Shown: piece by piece, positions 18,044-27,037 of the stretch | Layout: each line of letters starts with the position of its first letter | How positions within the stretch are numbered: position 1 is the stretch's first letter | DNA from: Dehalococcoidia bacterium | GTDB lineage: Bacteria; Chloroflexota; Dehalococcoidia; Lucifugimonadales; UBA3495 | Assembly: GCA_965232835.1 (NCBI GenBank) | Contig: OZ247426.1 | Span: 725,339-789,338 of the forward strand | Direction: 5' to 3' | Length of the DNA stretch: 64,000 nucleotides | Notes under the pieces: generated by a model | Seen by the model: only the letters and a program-made list of their open reading frames with translations | Told to the model about the DNA's origin: nothing | Database searches by the model: none | Program-made: the position numbers and the translations under genes

Positions 18044-18850
18044 TTGAATTACGAGACCGTCATACTCGAGAAGAAAGACCATGTGGCCCGTGTCACTCTC
18101 AACCGGCCGGAACGCCTGAACGCCCTGAACCGTCAGATGTTCCGGGAGCTGAATTCCGCCCTGGAAGACGCCGCTACCGACAGCGACGTCTGGGTGGTGG
18201 TACTGACTGGAGCAGGCCGGGCATTCTGCGCCTCCGCTGACATCAAGGAGGAGCGCCAGGAGGGCGACCGCCTGCTGGGCTACATGGAGCCCAACGAGAT
18301 TTACCAGTTCATCCGCAGCGGCCCGCAAGCCATCACCCTCAAGCTGCACCAGATGGACAAGCCCACCATCGCCATGGTCAACGGCCTGGCCATCGGCGAC
18401 GGGTTCGACTTCGTGCTGGCCTGCGACATCCGGGTCGGCTGCGAGCATTCGCGCTTCATGAACGCGTTCCTGCAGATGGGTCTGGTCTCCAACACCGGCG
18501 CAACCTGGCTATACCCCCGCGCCCTTGGAGTTAACAAGGCCCTGGAACTGCTGTTTACCGGGGACTGGCTGGACGCGGACGAGGCGCTGCAGTTGGGCCT
18601 GCTGAACCGGCTGGTACCGTACGAGGAACTGGAAGCCGAGACCATGGCCCTGGCGGCCAAGATCGCCGGGAAATCGCCGGTGGCCAACCGCCTCGTCAAG
18701 GGGATGGTCTTTCGCGGACTTGGCCAGTCGCTGGAGGAGCATCTCCCAGAGGCTGCCCACGCCGAGGTCCTTTCGCTGGCCAGCGAGGACCACCGCGAGG
18801 CCCTGGCCGCATTCCTAGAGAAACGCGAACCCGAGTTCAAAGGGCGTTAA
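18044..18850 (+). CDS. enoyl-CoA hydratase/isomerase (crotonase) family
   Basis: VVVLTGAGRAFCASADIKE, MVNGLAIGDGFDFVLACDIR. Confidence 0.9.
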   Translation: MNYETVILEKKDHVARVTLNRPERLNALNRQMFRELNSALEDAATDSDVWVVVLTGAGRAFCASADIKEERQEGDRLLGYMEPNEIYQFIRSGPQAITLKLHQMDKPTIAMVNGLAIGDGFDFVLACDIRVGCEHSRFMNAFLQMGLVSNTGATWLYPRALGVNKALELLFTGDWLDADEALQLGLLNRLVPYEELEAETMALAAKIAGKSPVANRLVKGMVFRGLGQSLEEHLPEAAHAEVLSLASEDHREALAAFLEKREPEFKGR

Positions 18851-18913
18851 TTCTCCCCCCTGCCTCCAGCTGAGGGATAGGGCGGGGGCGTCCTCTTAAC
18901 GAATAACAGGACA

Positions 18914-18952
18914 TCACCCTCACTACAGCTCTCTCCCTCAAGGGAGAGGGGG
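18914..18952 (+). repeat. REP-like hairpin repeat (family 1)
   Basis: tcaccctcactacagctctctccctcaagggagaggggg. Confidence 0.6.
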
Positions 18953-18979
18953 TCTGAGAGATCTCCGACTAGGACAATT

Positions 18980-19471
18980 ATGGCCGACTCCCTGTTTGAA
19001 AAACTGAAGGCCACGGTTGAACAGGAACTGGTGTTCGAAGCGCCGGACGAGATCGGGCGGTCAGCCTTTCGGCAGTACGCCCTGGCCGTGGGCGACTTCA
19101 ACCCGCTCTACTCCGACCGTGAGCATGCCACATCCAACGGACTCCGGGACGTGATGGCGCCGCCAACGCTGATCTGCGACACCTGGCAGTACGTGGACAG
19201 TGACATGGACACCCGTGGTGACTTGGTCGGTCGAGGCTCGTTCGGCGAGTTGACCGGCCTCCGCGCGGGCAACGAGTACGAATTCTTCCAGCCAATTCAC
19301 CCCGACGACGTGATCACCGCCCGGTGGCTGGTCAAGGACGTTTACGAGCGCACGGGGCGCTCCGGTTCACTGGTTTTCCAGGTGGTTGAGGCGACGTATA
19401 GCAACCAGCGGGGCGAGCTGCTGGCCCGGAACACCGAGACCCTGTTCTACCGGGAAGAGACCCTGCAATGA
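18980..19471 (+). CDS. hot-dog fold dehydratase subunit (FAS1-DH/MaoC N-terminal-like)
   Basis: 163 aa. YALAVGDFNPLY motif. 4-nt overlap with the next hot-dog gene suggests a heteromeric hydratase. Confidence 0.7.
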   Translation: MADSLFEKLKATVEQELVFEAPDEIGRSAFRQYALAVGDFNPLYSDREHATSNGLRDVMAPPTLICDTWQYVDSDMDTRGDLVGRGSFGELTGLRAGNEYEFFQPIHPDDVITARWLVKDVYERTGRSGSLVFQVVEATYSNQRGELLARNTETLFYREETLQ

Positions 19472-19941
19472 CCTCCGTCAGAAACAGCGGACGCTTCTAC
19501 GAGGATGTTTCCGTCGGCGAGGAGTTGCCTCCCCTGCAGAAGCAGATCGACATGCCCCACATGATGGCCTATGGCGCCGCCACCTGGGACTTCATTCGCG
19601 TCCACTACGACGCGGATCTGGCGCGGGAGCTCGGATTCCCCGGACCGTTCGTCGACGGCCAGATGCTCGGGGCCTTCCTGGCCCAGCACGTGCAGGATTG
19701 GGCGGGACCCGGCTCGTTCCTGCGCAAGCTGTCCTTTCGCAACCGGGTTATGGTCTACCCCGGCGACACACTGGTCTGCGGTGGCGCGGTGACCGGCCTT
19801 CAGGGCGAGGGCGATGCCAGCAAGGGATGCGGCCTGGCCGAGTGCGACCTGTGGATCGAGAATCAGCGTGGCGAACGAGTGGTAGACCGGGCCACCGCCG
19901 TGGTGCAGATTCCGCTGCGGCCCCGCGAGGCACGCTCCTGA
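19468..19941 (+). CDS. MaoC-like (R)-specific enoyl-CoA hydratase/dehydratase
   Basis: YGAATWDFIRVHYDADLARELGFPGPFVDGQM: hydratase-2-like motif. Confidence 0.8.
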   Translation: MTSVRNSGRFYEDVSVGEELPPLQKQIDMPHMMAYGAATWDFIRVHYDADLARELGFPGPFVDGQMLGAFLAQHVQDWAGPGSFLRKLSFRNRVMVYPGDTLVCGGAVTGLQGEGDASKGCGLAECDLWIENQRGERVVDRATAVVQIPLRPREARS

Positions 19942-21224
19942 TGAGCATGGACGGCGACAACGCCTCAACAACGTCATCCGCCCTCGCTGGCGTGCGCGTA
20001 GTTGAGTTCACCGGGATGGCGTCGGCGTCCTTCTGTGCCCGCCTGCTGGCCGATGCCGGAGCCGACGTGGTCAAGGTGGAACCGCCCGACGGCGATCCCT
20101 ACCGCCATCGTGGCCCCTTCCCCGACGGCAAGCCCGACCCTGACTGGAGCGGGATGTTCCTGTACCTGAACGCCAACAAGCGCGGCGTGACATTGGACCT
20201 ACAGGACGAGGCACACAAGGCCGCCTTTGACGCCACAATCGCAGGGGCAGACATCCTGGTCGTCGGCGGACAGAGCGGCGACATTGAACGGCAAGGCCTT
20301 CGCCGGGATACGCTGCGGAATCTCAATCCCGGCTTGATCGTCGCCGCCATCACTCCTTTTGGTCTGTCAGGGCCCAATAGCTTTTTTGTGGGCGACGAAT
20401 TGACGGCGGTCGCGGCCGGCGGTCTGTCCTTCGCCACCCCCGGAGTGCCGGACGGCGTGCAGGACCCGGCCAGTGAGCCTCCCCTCACGGCCAACACGCC
20501 GCTGGCGGAGCTGATGACCGGCGTGCTGGGCTCCGCGGCGTGCGTGGCCGCCCTGTTGTCCCGTCAGTTCAGCGGCCAGGGTTGCGAGATCGACCTCAGC
20601 CTGCAGGAAGGTGTGGCGGCGGTTATGCCCTACGAGCTGGCCCACGCCGCTTACCATGAGCCGAAGAAACGGGAGATGCTGGGTTTCGCCCTGATGCCCA
20701 ATGTATACCTTCCTTGCAAGGACGGCTACGTGGTGCTGATGGCGGTACTGGAGGGCCACTGGCGAAACCTGATGGAGGCAGCCGGCAACCCCGAGTGGGG
20801 AGAGCTGGAGGTTTTCGGCAACGCCCGAGAGCGGGGCCGGAACTGGGACGCGCTGGAACCGCTGCTACTGGAGTGGACAATGTCCCACACAGGGGAGGAA
20901 ATCGCCCGTCTGGCCCAGGAACGCGGCGTCCCGTGTTTCCCGGCATACACAGTTGGCCAGATGATGAAGTCGGACCATGTCAGGGAGCGCGCCTTCCTGC
21001 AAGAACTGACCAGCCCCCAGGGGACCAGGTTCAACCTTCCCGGACATCCCATCCGAATGTCCGCCACGCCCTGGCGATCGTTCCGGCCTGCGCCCAGGTT
21101 GGGACAGCACACCGCCGAGGTCCTGCAGGACTGGCTGGGCTGGACCGATAGCAAGGCGGAGGCGCTGTCCCGATCGCACATTGAACGTTCCGCCGAAGCC
21201 GCCACGAGGTCGAGTGCGCTATGA
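19941..21224 (+). CDS. family III CoA-transferase (CaiB/BaiF)
   Basis: LAGVRVVEFTGMASASFCARLLADAGADVVKVEPPDGDPYR. ATG at 19941 overlaps the upstream stop (TGATG). The 612-aa track ORF is an artefactual 5' extension. Confidence 0.85.
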   Translation: MSMDGDNASTTSSALAGVRVVEFTGMASASFCARLLADAGADVVKVEPPDGDPYRHRGPFPDGKPDPDWSGMFLYLNANKRGVTLDLQDEAHKAAFDATIAGADILVVGGQSGDIERQGLRRDTLRNLNPGLIVAAITPFGLSGPNSFFVGDELTAVAAGGLSFATPGVPDGVQDPASEPPLTANTPLAELMTGVLGSAACVAALLSRQFSGQGCEIDLSLQEGVAAVMPYELAHAAYHEPKKREMLGFALMPNVYLPCKDGYVVLMAVLEGHWRNLMEAAGNPEWGELEVFGNARERGRNWDALEPLLLEWTMSHTGEEIARLAQERGVPCFPAYTVGQMMKSDHVRERAFLQELTSPQGTRFNLPGHPIRMSATPWRSFRPAPRLGQHTAEVLQDWLGWTDSKAEALSRSHIERSAEAATRSSAL

Positions 21225-22456
21225 ACCCCGCCGTTGGTTCAGGTAAGGCCCCGTTGCCGCTGCAGGGCATCCGTGTCGCTGATTTCGGCCAGGTAATCGC
21301 CGCTCCGGTTACGGCCCAGATGCTGGGATGGCTGGGCGCCGAGGTGGTCCTGGTCGAGACCGAGGCCCGCTTCACCACCCGCGTGTGGCCTCCCTTCGCC
21401 GACGGAGAGTTCGGCATCAACAACAGCGGCGGCTTCAACCTGGTCAACAACAACAAGCTGAGCTGCTCCCTGGACCTGGGCAAGCCCGAAGCTCTCGAGG
21501 TGGCCAAGGGCATCATCAAGGTCAGCGACGTCCTCGTTGAGAACTATGCCACCGGTTCCATGGAGCGTCTCGGGCTGGGTTACGACGAGGTTAGGAAACT
21601 GCGACCCGACATTGTCTACATGTCCCTGGGCGCCTTCGGGCGCAGCGGCCCGTTCAAGGATTTGACGGGCTTTCACAGCGTCATCAACCTCTTTAGCGGC
21701 CTGGCGGCGGTCACCGGATACCCCGGCACCCACCCGCGGGTTATGGGTGGCCTGATCCCTGACGCCTTCTCCGGCTGCTACGCCGCCCTCGCAATTCTGC
21801 AGGGGCTGTACCACCGGTCGCGCACCGGCGAGGGCCAGCTCATCGAGGTATCCATGACGGAGGCATTGTCCGGCATGATCCCCGAGGCCGTGATGGAATA
21901 CTCCCTCACTGGCAAAGAGCAGGAAAAGATGGGCAACCGCGACGGACGTCGCGCCCCTCGCAACGTCTTCCGCTGCCTGGGAGATGAGAAATGGGTGGCC
22001 ATTTCGGTGGAAACCGACGAGCAATTCATGTGCCTGGCCAGTGCCTCCGGTAACGGATTCTGGGCACAGGATCCCCGATTCGCCACCGTCGAGGCCCGCT
22101 TGGCAAACCAGGACGCGCTTGAGTCGCTGGTGCAACAATGGACTTCCGGGCTTGAAGTCGAAGAGGTGTTGGCGATGCTGCAGGACGTCGGCGTCCCGGC
22201 GGCGCCGGTGTTCGACTCTGCCGAGGTGATGGACGACCCGCATCTGCGGGAACGAGGATTCGTGGCGCCGCTGGAGCATCCGGTGGCCGGAAGCCGGCCG
22301 GTCCTCTCCCTGCCGTGGGCCGTCAACGGGCAGAGAGGAGACACGCTTCGTCCCGCGCCCAACTTCGGCCAGCACAACGACTGGGTGTTGAAAGAACTGC
22401 TCAGCGTGCCGGACGATGAATACGAACGGCTGCATGCCTCGGGCGCTATTGGATGA
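21221..22456 (+). CDS. family III CoA-transferase (CaiB/BaiF), second paralog
   Basis: LQGIRVADFGQVIAAPVTAQMLGWLGAEVVLVE. 4-nt overlap with the preceding gene. Confidence 0.85.
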   Translation: MNPAVGSGKAPLPLQGIRVADFGQVIAAPVTAQMLGWLGAEVVLVETEARFTTRVWPPFADGEFGINNSGGFNLVNNNKLSCSLDLGKPEALEVAKGIIKVSDVLVENYATGSMERLGLGYDEVRKLRPDIVYMSLGAFGRSGPFKDLTGFHSVINLFSGLAAVTGYPGTHPRVMGGLIPDAFSGCYAALAILQGLYHRSRTGEGQLIEVSMTEALSGMIPEAVMEYSLTGKEQEKMGNRDGRRAPRNVFRCLGDEKWVAISVETDEQFMCLASASGNGFWAQDPRFATVEARLANQDALESLVQQWTSGLEVEEVLAMLQDVGVPAAPVFDSAEVMDDPHLRERGFVAPLEHPVAGSRPVLSLPWAVNGQRGDTLRPAPNFGQHNDWVLKELLSVPDDEYERLHASGAIG

Positions 22457-22506
22457 ATTACATCGCCCCACTGTTGACTGAAACTCTGAGCATCTGAAGG
22501 TGCGAT

Positions 22507-22545
22507 TTCACCCTCACCCCAGCCCTCTCCCTCAAGGGAGAGGGA
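22507..22545 (+). repeat. REP-like hairpin repeat (family 1)
   Basis: ttcaccctcaccccagccctctccctcaagggagaggga. Confidence 0.65.
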
Positions 22546-22598
22546 GCGTGGGACGGACACGCCTCCCTAAGGGGGATTGAAGATTAAACGGAGTAGAA

Positions 22599-23828
22599 AT
22601 GCCCAGAAACATCGTCGAGGTTGACCCGCGGAAATTCCCCTGGCTGGACCTGAACCGCTACACCTTCTGCCTCGCGGCCGAGAGCGGAGGGATCGTGTAC
22701 CTCGCGGGGCAGACTGCCAGCGAGTACGACCCATCGGCGGGTGGCGTCGTCTGCAAGGGGGACCTGCTGGACCAGACGCGGGTGATCTACGAAAAGCTGG
22801 GCGTCATCCTGGAAGCAGCCGGTATGTCCTTCGACGATGTCGTGCAGACGGTGGACTACATCGACCCGTCGGCCCTGCCTCAGTACCGTGAGACCGGCGC
22901 CATCCGCCGCGAGTTCCTGGGCGGCACTCCCGTGGGCGCCACCGGAATTTGCGTGGAGAGGCTGCTGCGACCCGACGCTCTGCTGGAGGTCAGCGCCGTG
23001 GCGGTGCGCGGCGAAAAACGCGCCATCAATCCGGGCTACGATCGGTACGGCTCTCTCACCTACGTGCCCGGCGTGATCGCCGGCGACACCCTGTGGACGT
23101 CGGGCTTCGTGGGCAGCGACGAGGTGGACGGCCTGGCGTCCTTTCCCCAAGACACCGGCGTCCAGATGGGCCTGACCTACGGCATCGTGAGCAGCGTGCT
23201 GGAGGCGGCGGGAGCGGCTCCCTCCGATATCGTCAAGACGTTAGAATACGTCTCTCCTCAGGCATGGCTCCAGTACGACGGGGGTTCATCGACGGCTCGG
23301 AGCGAGTTCTTCAAAGGCGAGTATCCGGCCAGCACCGGCATCACGGTGAACCGGCTACTGCGGCCCGAGGGGCACGTGGAGGTGGAGGCCGTCGCCGTGC
23401 TGGGCGGCACCCGAGAGGAAATCCAGGTACCCGGTTGGGAGGCCACCTACAGCGGCGCCACGTTCGCTCCTGGCGTCAGGAAGGGACGCATGGTGCAGCT
23501 ATCGGCGCAAGCCGGAGTGGACCACACCACCGCCTCGGTCGTGTCCCCCTTCGACATCGTGGCCCAGGCCGAGCGGGCCTACGGCAACCTGGCGCGGGTC
23601 CTGGCCGAGGGCGGCTACTCGATGGATGACGTGGTGAACACCATCGAATGGGTGCCGCCCAACGGCCTGTCCACCTACCGTCGCATTGGCGATGTGCGCC
23701 GCAAGTACTTTGGCGACACCTTCCCGTCGGCCACGGGTGTGTCAATGCACCGCATCCGCCGGCCTGGCCCCAGCGACCGGCTGATCCCCGAGCTGTTGTT
23801 CGAGGTTACGGCGGTGGCCATCGTTTAA
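22599..23828 (+). CDS. triple tandem RidA/YjgF/TdcF-family domain protein
   Basis: 409 aa made of three modules of about 135 aa. Each ends in a RidA C-terminal motif: ATGICVERLLRPDALLEVSAVAV, STGITVNRLLRPEGHVEVEAVAV, ATGVSMHRIRRPG...LFEVTAVAIV. Confidence 0.8.
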   Translation: MPRNIVEVDPRKFPWLDLNRYTFCLAAESGGIVYLAGQTASEYDPSAGGVVCKGDLLDQTRVIYEKLGVILEAAGMSFDDVVQTVDYIDPSALPQYRETGAIRREFLGGTPVGATGICVERLLRPDALLEVSAVAVRGEKRAINPGYDRYGSLTYVPGVIAGDTLWTSGFVGSDEVDGLASFPQDTGVQMGLTYGIVSSVLEAAGAAPSDIVKTLEYVSPQAWLQYDGGSSTARSEFFKGEYPASTGITVNRLLRPEGHVEVEAVAVLGGTREEIQVPGWEATYSGATFAPGVRKGRMVQLSAQAGVDHTTASVVSPFDIVAQAERAYGNLARVLAEGGYSMDDVVNTIEWVPPNGLSTYRRIGDVRRKYFGDTFPSATGVSMHRIRRPGPSDRLIPELLFEVTAVAIV

Positions 23829-24021
23829 CCGAGGACCCCGCCCAGAGGGCCTCTCTGGTTCCAGGGCAGGGGCGGGGCCATTTCGTCCGTCTCGACGCCA
23901 TTCGCCAGGCCTACCGACGCCAACGGAGGGTCAATTGTGATTAAAACCCGCCACGGGCCGGGAAATCAATGCAGGTGCCGCCCTTCAGGCTCCCGGCTAA
24001 GTCAATCGCTACCGCTACTAT

Positions 24022-24420
24022 CTATCTGACAGTGGCGACAACCGGCGCGCATTCGTCGCAAACGGACAGGTAGGTCCCGGGCGCCACGCTCTTGCCCTGG
24101 TTTTCGGGAACAGGGTTTCGGCAACCCATCATCTCGCATTCGCGCATCACGGGCTGCTGGTGCTGCTCCAGGTGCTTTTCGACTGCCAGGATTGCCGCCT
24201 CCACCCCAATCTTCTCCACCGGGAGCCGAAACAGGAGCGCCGGATCGCACTCCTTTTCACTCTCATCGACGACGGCGTAAACGTGGCCGGTCTCGTGGAT
24301 GATGGCCACTCGCATCTCTCCGTCGGGGCCATCCCAGGTTCCGACGCGGGTTTCGGTGGGGTCCTCTATTTTGAGTTCCCTGATGAGGTCTTCAATTGTA
24401 GTTTTAATGCTGCCAGTCAT
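24022..24420 (-). CDS. hypothetical protein with C-terminal Cys cluster
   Basis: ATG at 24420 after AGGAGGTGGG. 132 aa. C-terminal CEMMGC...CDEC. No recognisable family. Confidence 0.5.
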   Translation of the reverse strand: MTGSIKTTIEDLIRELKIEDPTETRVGTWDGPDGEMRVAIIHETGHVYAVVDESEKECDPALLFRLPVEKIGVEAAILAVEKHLEQHQQPVMRECEMMGCRNPVPENQGKSVAPGTYLSVCDECAPVVATVR

Positions 24421-24579
24421 ATTCCCACCTCCTGAAGAACATCCCTTCCAGGGGAGCGGCCTATTCACATGGGCTGTCTCCGGTCCGTGCTGTAAAGTGT
24501 CAATCTCATCCCTTAATCGTCCCTATTATCATGTTATACACTTTATATTATATCATATCAGAATGTATCAATCTAATAT

Positions 24580-25060
24580 ATGTCCAACAGTGATGATCTA
24601 CTGATCAAGTGGGTGTATCCAGTCCGGGCCGCTTTACCAATTCATGGTAAATCTACTCAGCAGCAGGCTGTCGATTTGCCATACGGATCGAAGGGTGGGC
24701 TAAATCGGACCAAGGCGGATAAAATCCTCTGCCCCCTAAATGCGGGGGTGTATGGGGCCCGGTGGTCCTTACGGCGTTCGAGTCGACACGGTTATCCCTG
24801 TTGAGCCCCATCTAAGCTCAATCAGCTACGAATGAAGTCTGAGGTGGTCGATGAGGAAGTCGGGCGGGACGAGTTTTGGGATGAGTTGCCGGAGGAGTTG
24901 TCCCTCAGGGAGGAGAGGCCAAGGAGGATACGAAAGTCCAAGGCGGCCCTGGAGGCTGTTGCGCAGGTAGCGTCGGAGCAGACCGAAGCTGAGGGCAGGG
25001 AGCATCCGGGGGTTCCCGATAACCGGACGCAGCGCAACTTCACTGCCCCTGACTCCGGCA
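24580..25060 (+). pseudogene. DDE transposase remnant (IS1182/IS4-like, family uncertain)
   Basis: ORFs 24580..24804 and 24832..25260 share one frame, separated by an in-frame TGA. LPEELSLREERPRRIRKSKAALEAVA...RTQRNFTAPDS resembles, from memory, the central linker of such transposases. No catalytic domain follows. Confidence 0.35.
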
Positions 25061-25184
25061 GCGGGACAGGATTTCGATTACCGGGAGGCTGGCCAAGTGC
25101 CGGCCTTCAGCATCGTCAGGATCGGTGCTCGGTCCCGGACACGGCCCAACGTCAAGGCCAGTCAGGCAATACCAAGACGGGCTG

Positions 25185-25601
25185 CTACGGAGCGAAGCTG
25201 GAGCGGGCCTGGGCTCCCCAGCGTCCATTGACGTGGGTCATAATCCACAGCGAACGGTAGGTGGCAATTGCGCCGCCGTCCGCGTTATTGCGAGTGAACT
25301 GTATCAGGACGTGGACCTTGTGCTCTGAGCTGTGAAGCACGTCGGCAGAATCCAGCACGGTATGGTGCCAGTCGTCTCCGGCGCGGGCATAGAAGTCCCG
25401 CATGTAGGTGGCCTCCAGCTCCTCCCGGTTATGCCAGATGGCCACTCCACCACCGGAAATGCGGATGTGCGGCAGGTGCAGCAAATCGTGCATCGCATCG
25501 GCGTCCCCTACGTTTATTGCGGCCATGAAGCTGGTGATGGCCGACACGGCTGCGGCGGCACTCTCCGGCCACTGGTTCTCCTGCCCTTGAAGTTCGGTCA
25601 T
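25185..25601 (-). CDS. NTF2/SnoaL-like fold protein
   Basis: About 138 aa from the ATG at 25601 (MTELQGQ...). Pattern FMAAINVGDADAMHDLLH...W..TH is typical of SnoaL-like/DUF4440 proteins. Weak assignment. Confidence 0.5.
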   Translation of the reverse strand: MTELQGQENQWPESAAAAVSAITSFMAAINVGDADAMHDLLHLPHIRISGGGVAIWHNREELEATYMRDFYARAGDDWHHTVLDSADVLHSSEHKVHVLIQFTRNNADGGAIATYRSLWIMTHVNGRWGAQARSSFAP

Positions 25602-25726
25602 TACTGGCCTCTTTGTTGCGGCAATTTGGCAAATTGCATGCAGGGGCAGGCACAATGCCCGCCCCTGCATGTTTATGGAACGGTGTCGGGTCTATAGGGT
25701 TGCCCTTAACCGTCAAACGTCGCCTC

Positions 25727-25751
25727 GTAGGGGCGCCCCTAGTGGGCGCCC
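25727..25751. repeat. GGGCGCCC-type hairpin repeat (family 2)
   Basis: gtaggggcgcccctagtgggcgccc. Related copies at 30216 and 61846. Confidence 0.55.
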
Positions 25752-25829
25752 TGGTCGTATCTGAGAAATTCACCTTTCCTCTAACCCTCCCCCATCAAGG
25801 CAGAGGAGAAATAGGGGTACAGTCATTGG

Positions 25830-27008
25830 CTAGGTGAGGCGGAGGAAGGCCTCAGCGTTGCCGGACATGTGCTTGCGCAGGGCCTCATCGCCCAGGTCCT
25901 GCCAGAAGGGCCAGTTGATGACCATCTCCGCGGTGTCGGGGAAGTGGGCCTCGCCGTGGGGGTAGTCGGACTGGTGCATCAGCGCTTCGTCGCCTAACAG
26001 ATCGATGCAGGCCTTGGTCATGGCCGCGCCCTCGAAAGGTTCGGCGCCGCAGCGGAAGCGTCCCATCTGGGCGTATTCGATGGGCTTGTAGTCGGTCTTG
26101 GGCGTGGTGCCGGAGACGTAGTTGCACATCTCTTCGAGGCGGATCAGCCAGTGAGGCAGCCAGCCGTGACCCACCTCTGCGGCGCCGGCGTTGATGTTGG
26201 GGAATCGGTCGAAGATGCGGCCCACTATCAGGTAGGAGAGCAGCCGAGCGGCGCCCCACGGGTGGGCGGCGGTGCGCGCGACGGCGATGTTGCCCCACAT
26301 GTCGCGGTAGCCGGGGAAGTAGGGCGGCTCGAAGGTGAAGCTGTGGTGCAGGATGGGCAGGTGTTCCTCGTTCAGCACCTCGAACAGCCGGTCGTTGGCC
26401 GGGTGGTCGATGGGCATTCCCTCGGGCAGTATGATGGCCACGGCAGCGGCCCACCGCTCCTTTGAAACGGCCTTGATCTCGTTGATGGACCACTCGATGT
26501 CGGCGGCGGGGGCCAGGATGATGCTGCGCAGCCGCTCGGGGTCGGCGCTGCAGTACTCGCGCATGTAACGGTGGTAGGAGGAGTAGAGGCCCTCGGCGAG
26601 GGTTACGTCCTCGATACCGGTCAGGCCATTGGCCCAGGTGCCGGGAATAATCACGTCGACGTCGCGGCCCTCCAGGTCCATGTCGGCGAGGCGGCCGGTG
26701 GCGTTTTCGTCGCTGACGCCTTTCTGTGGGTCGACGCGGTGGTGCCCCGAGTTCCGGGTTACCCGGCCTTCCAGCGCGCCACGTCCACCGGCAACGGCAG
26801 CCTGGTCGTCGCCGCTGGGAGCCTCGCCGGGGAAGCGGTCGAAGGGGATGGAGGCGATGCTGAGGGCGTTGTACTCGCCGACGGTGCGAATATAGGGCTT
26901 GAGCTCATCAAGCCGGGGCCGGAAGGACGGGTCGACGTACTTGATCAGGGTGTCGAGGCTGGGGTTCACGTGGGTGTCGATGTCGATGACGCGGTATCCG
27001 TTCTTCAT
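25830..27008 (-). CDS. amidohydrolase-2 (ACMSD-like metal-dependent hydrolase/decarboxylase) family protein
   Basis: YRVIDIDTHVNPS N-terminal metal motif and C-terminal QSDYPHGE. ATG at 27008 after GGAGGAG. Confidence 0.8.
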   Translation of the reverse strand: MKNGYRVIDIDTHVNPSLDTLIKYVDPSFRPRLDELKPYIRTVGEYNALSIASIPFDRFPGEAPSGDDQAAVAGGRGALEGRVTRNSGHHRVDPQKGVSDENATGRLADMDLEGRDVDVIIPGTWANGLTGIEDVTLAEGLYSSYHRYMREYCSADPERLRSIILAPAADIEWSINEIKAVSKERWAAAVAIILPEGMPIDHPANDRLFEVLNEEHLPILHHSFTFEPPYFPGYRDMWGNIAVARTAAHPWGAARLLSYLIVGRIFDRFPNINAGAAEVGHGWLPHWLIRLEEMCNYVSGTTPKTDYKPIEYAQMGRFRCGAEPFEGAAMTKACIDLLGDEALMHQSDYPHGEAHFPDTAEMVINWPFWQDLGDEALRKHMSGNAEAFLRLT

Positions 27009-27037
27009 TTGTTCGTCTCCTCCGGGTCCAGGTTGGG

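Noticed and set aside
19386-19940. 5' 185 codons of the 612-aa ORF 19386..21224
   Set aside because: This part overlaps both MaoC-type genes in another frame and is Arg/Pro-rich. CoA-transferase homology starts at the ATG at 19941, which overlaps the upstream stop codon.
21239-22471. 410-aa ORF on the - strand
   Set aside because: It is antisense to the second CaiB-type CoA-transferase. It has no recognisable motif and is a GC-driven open frame.
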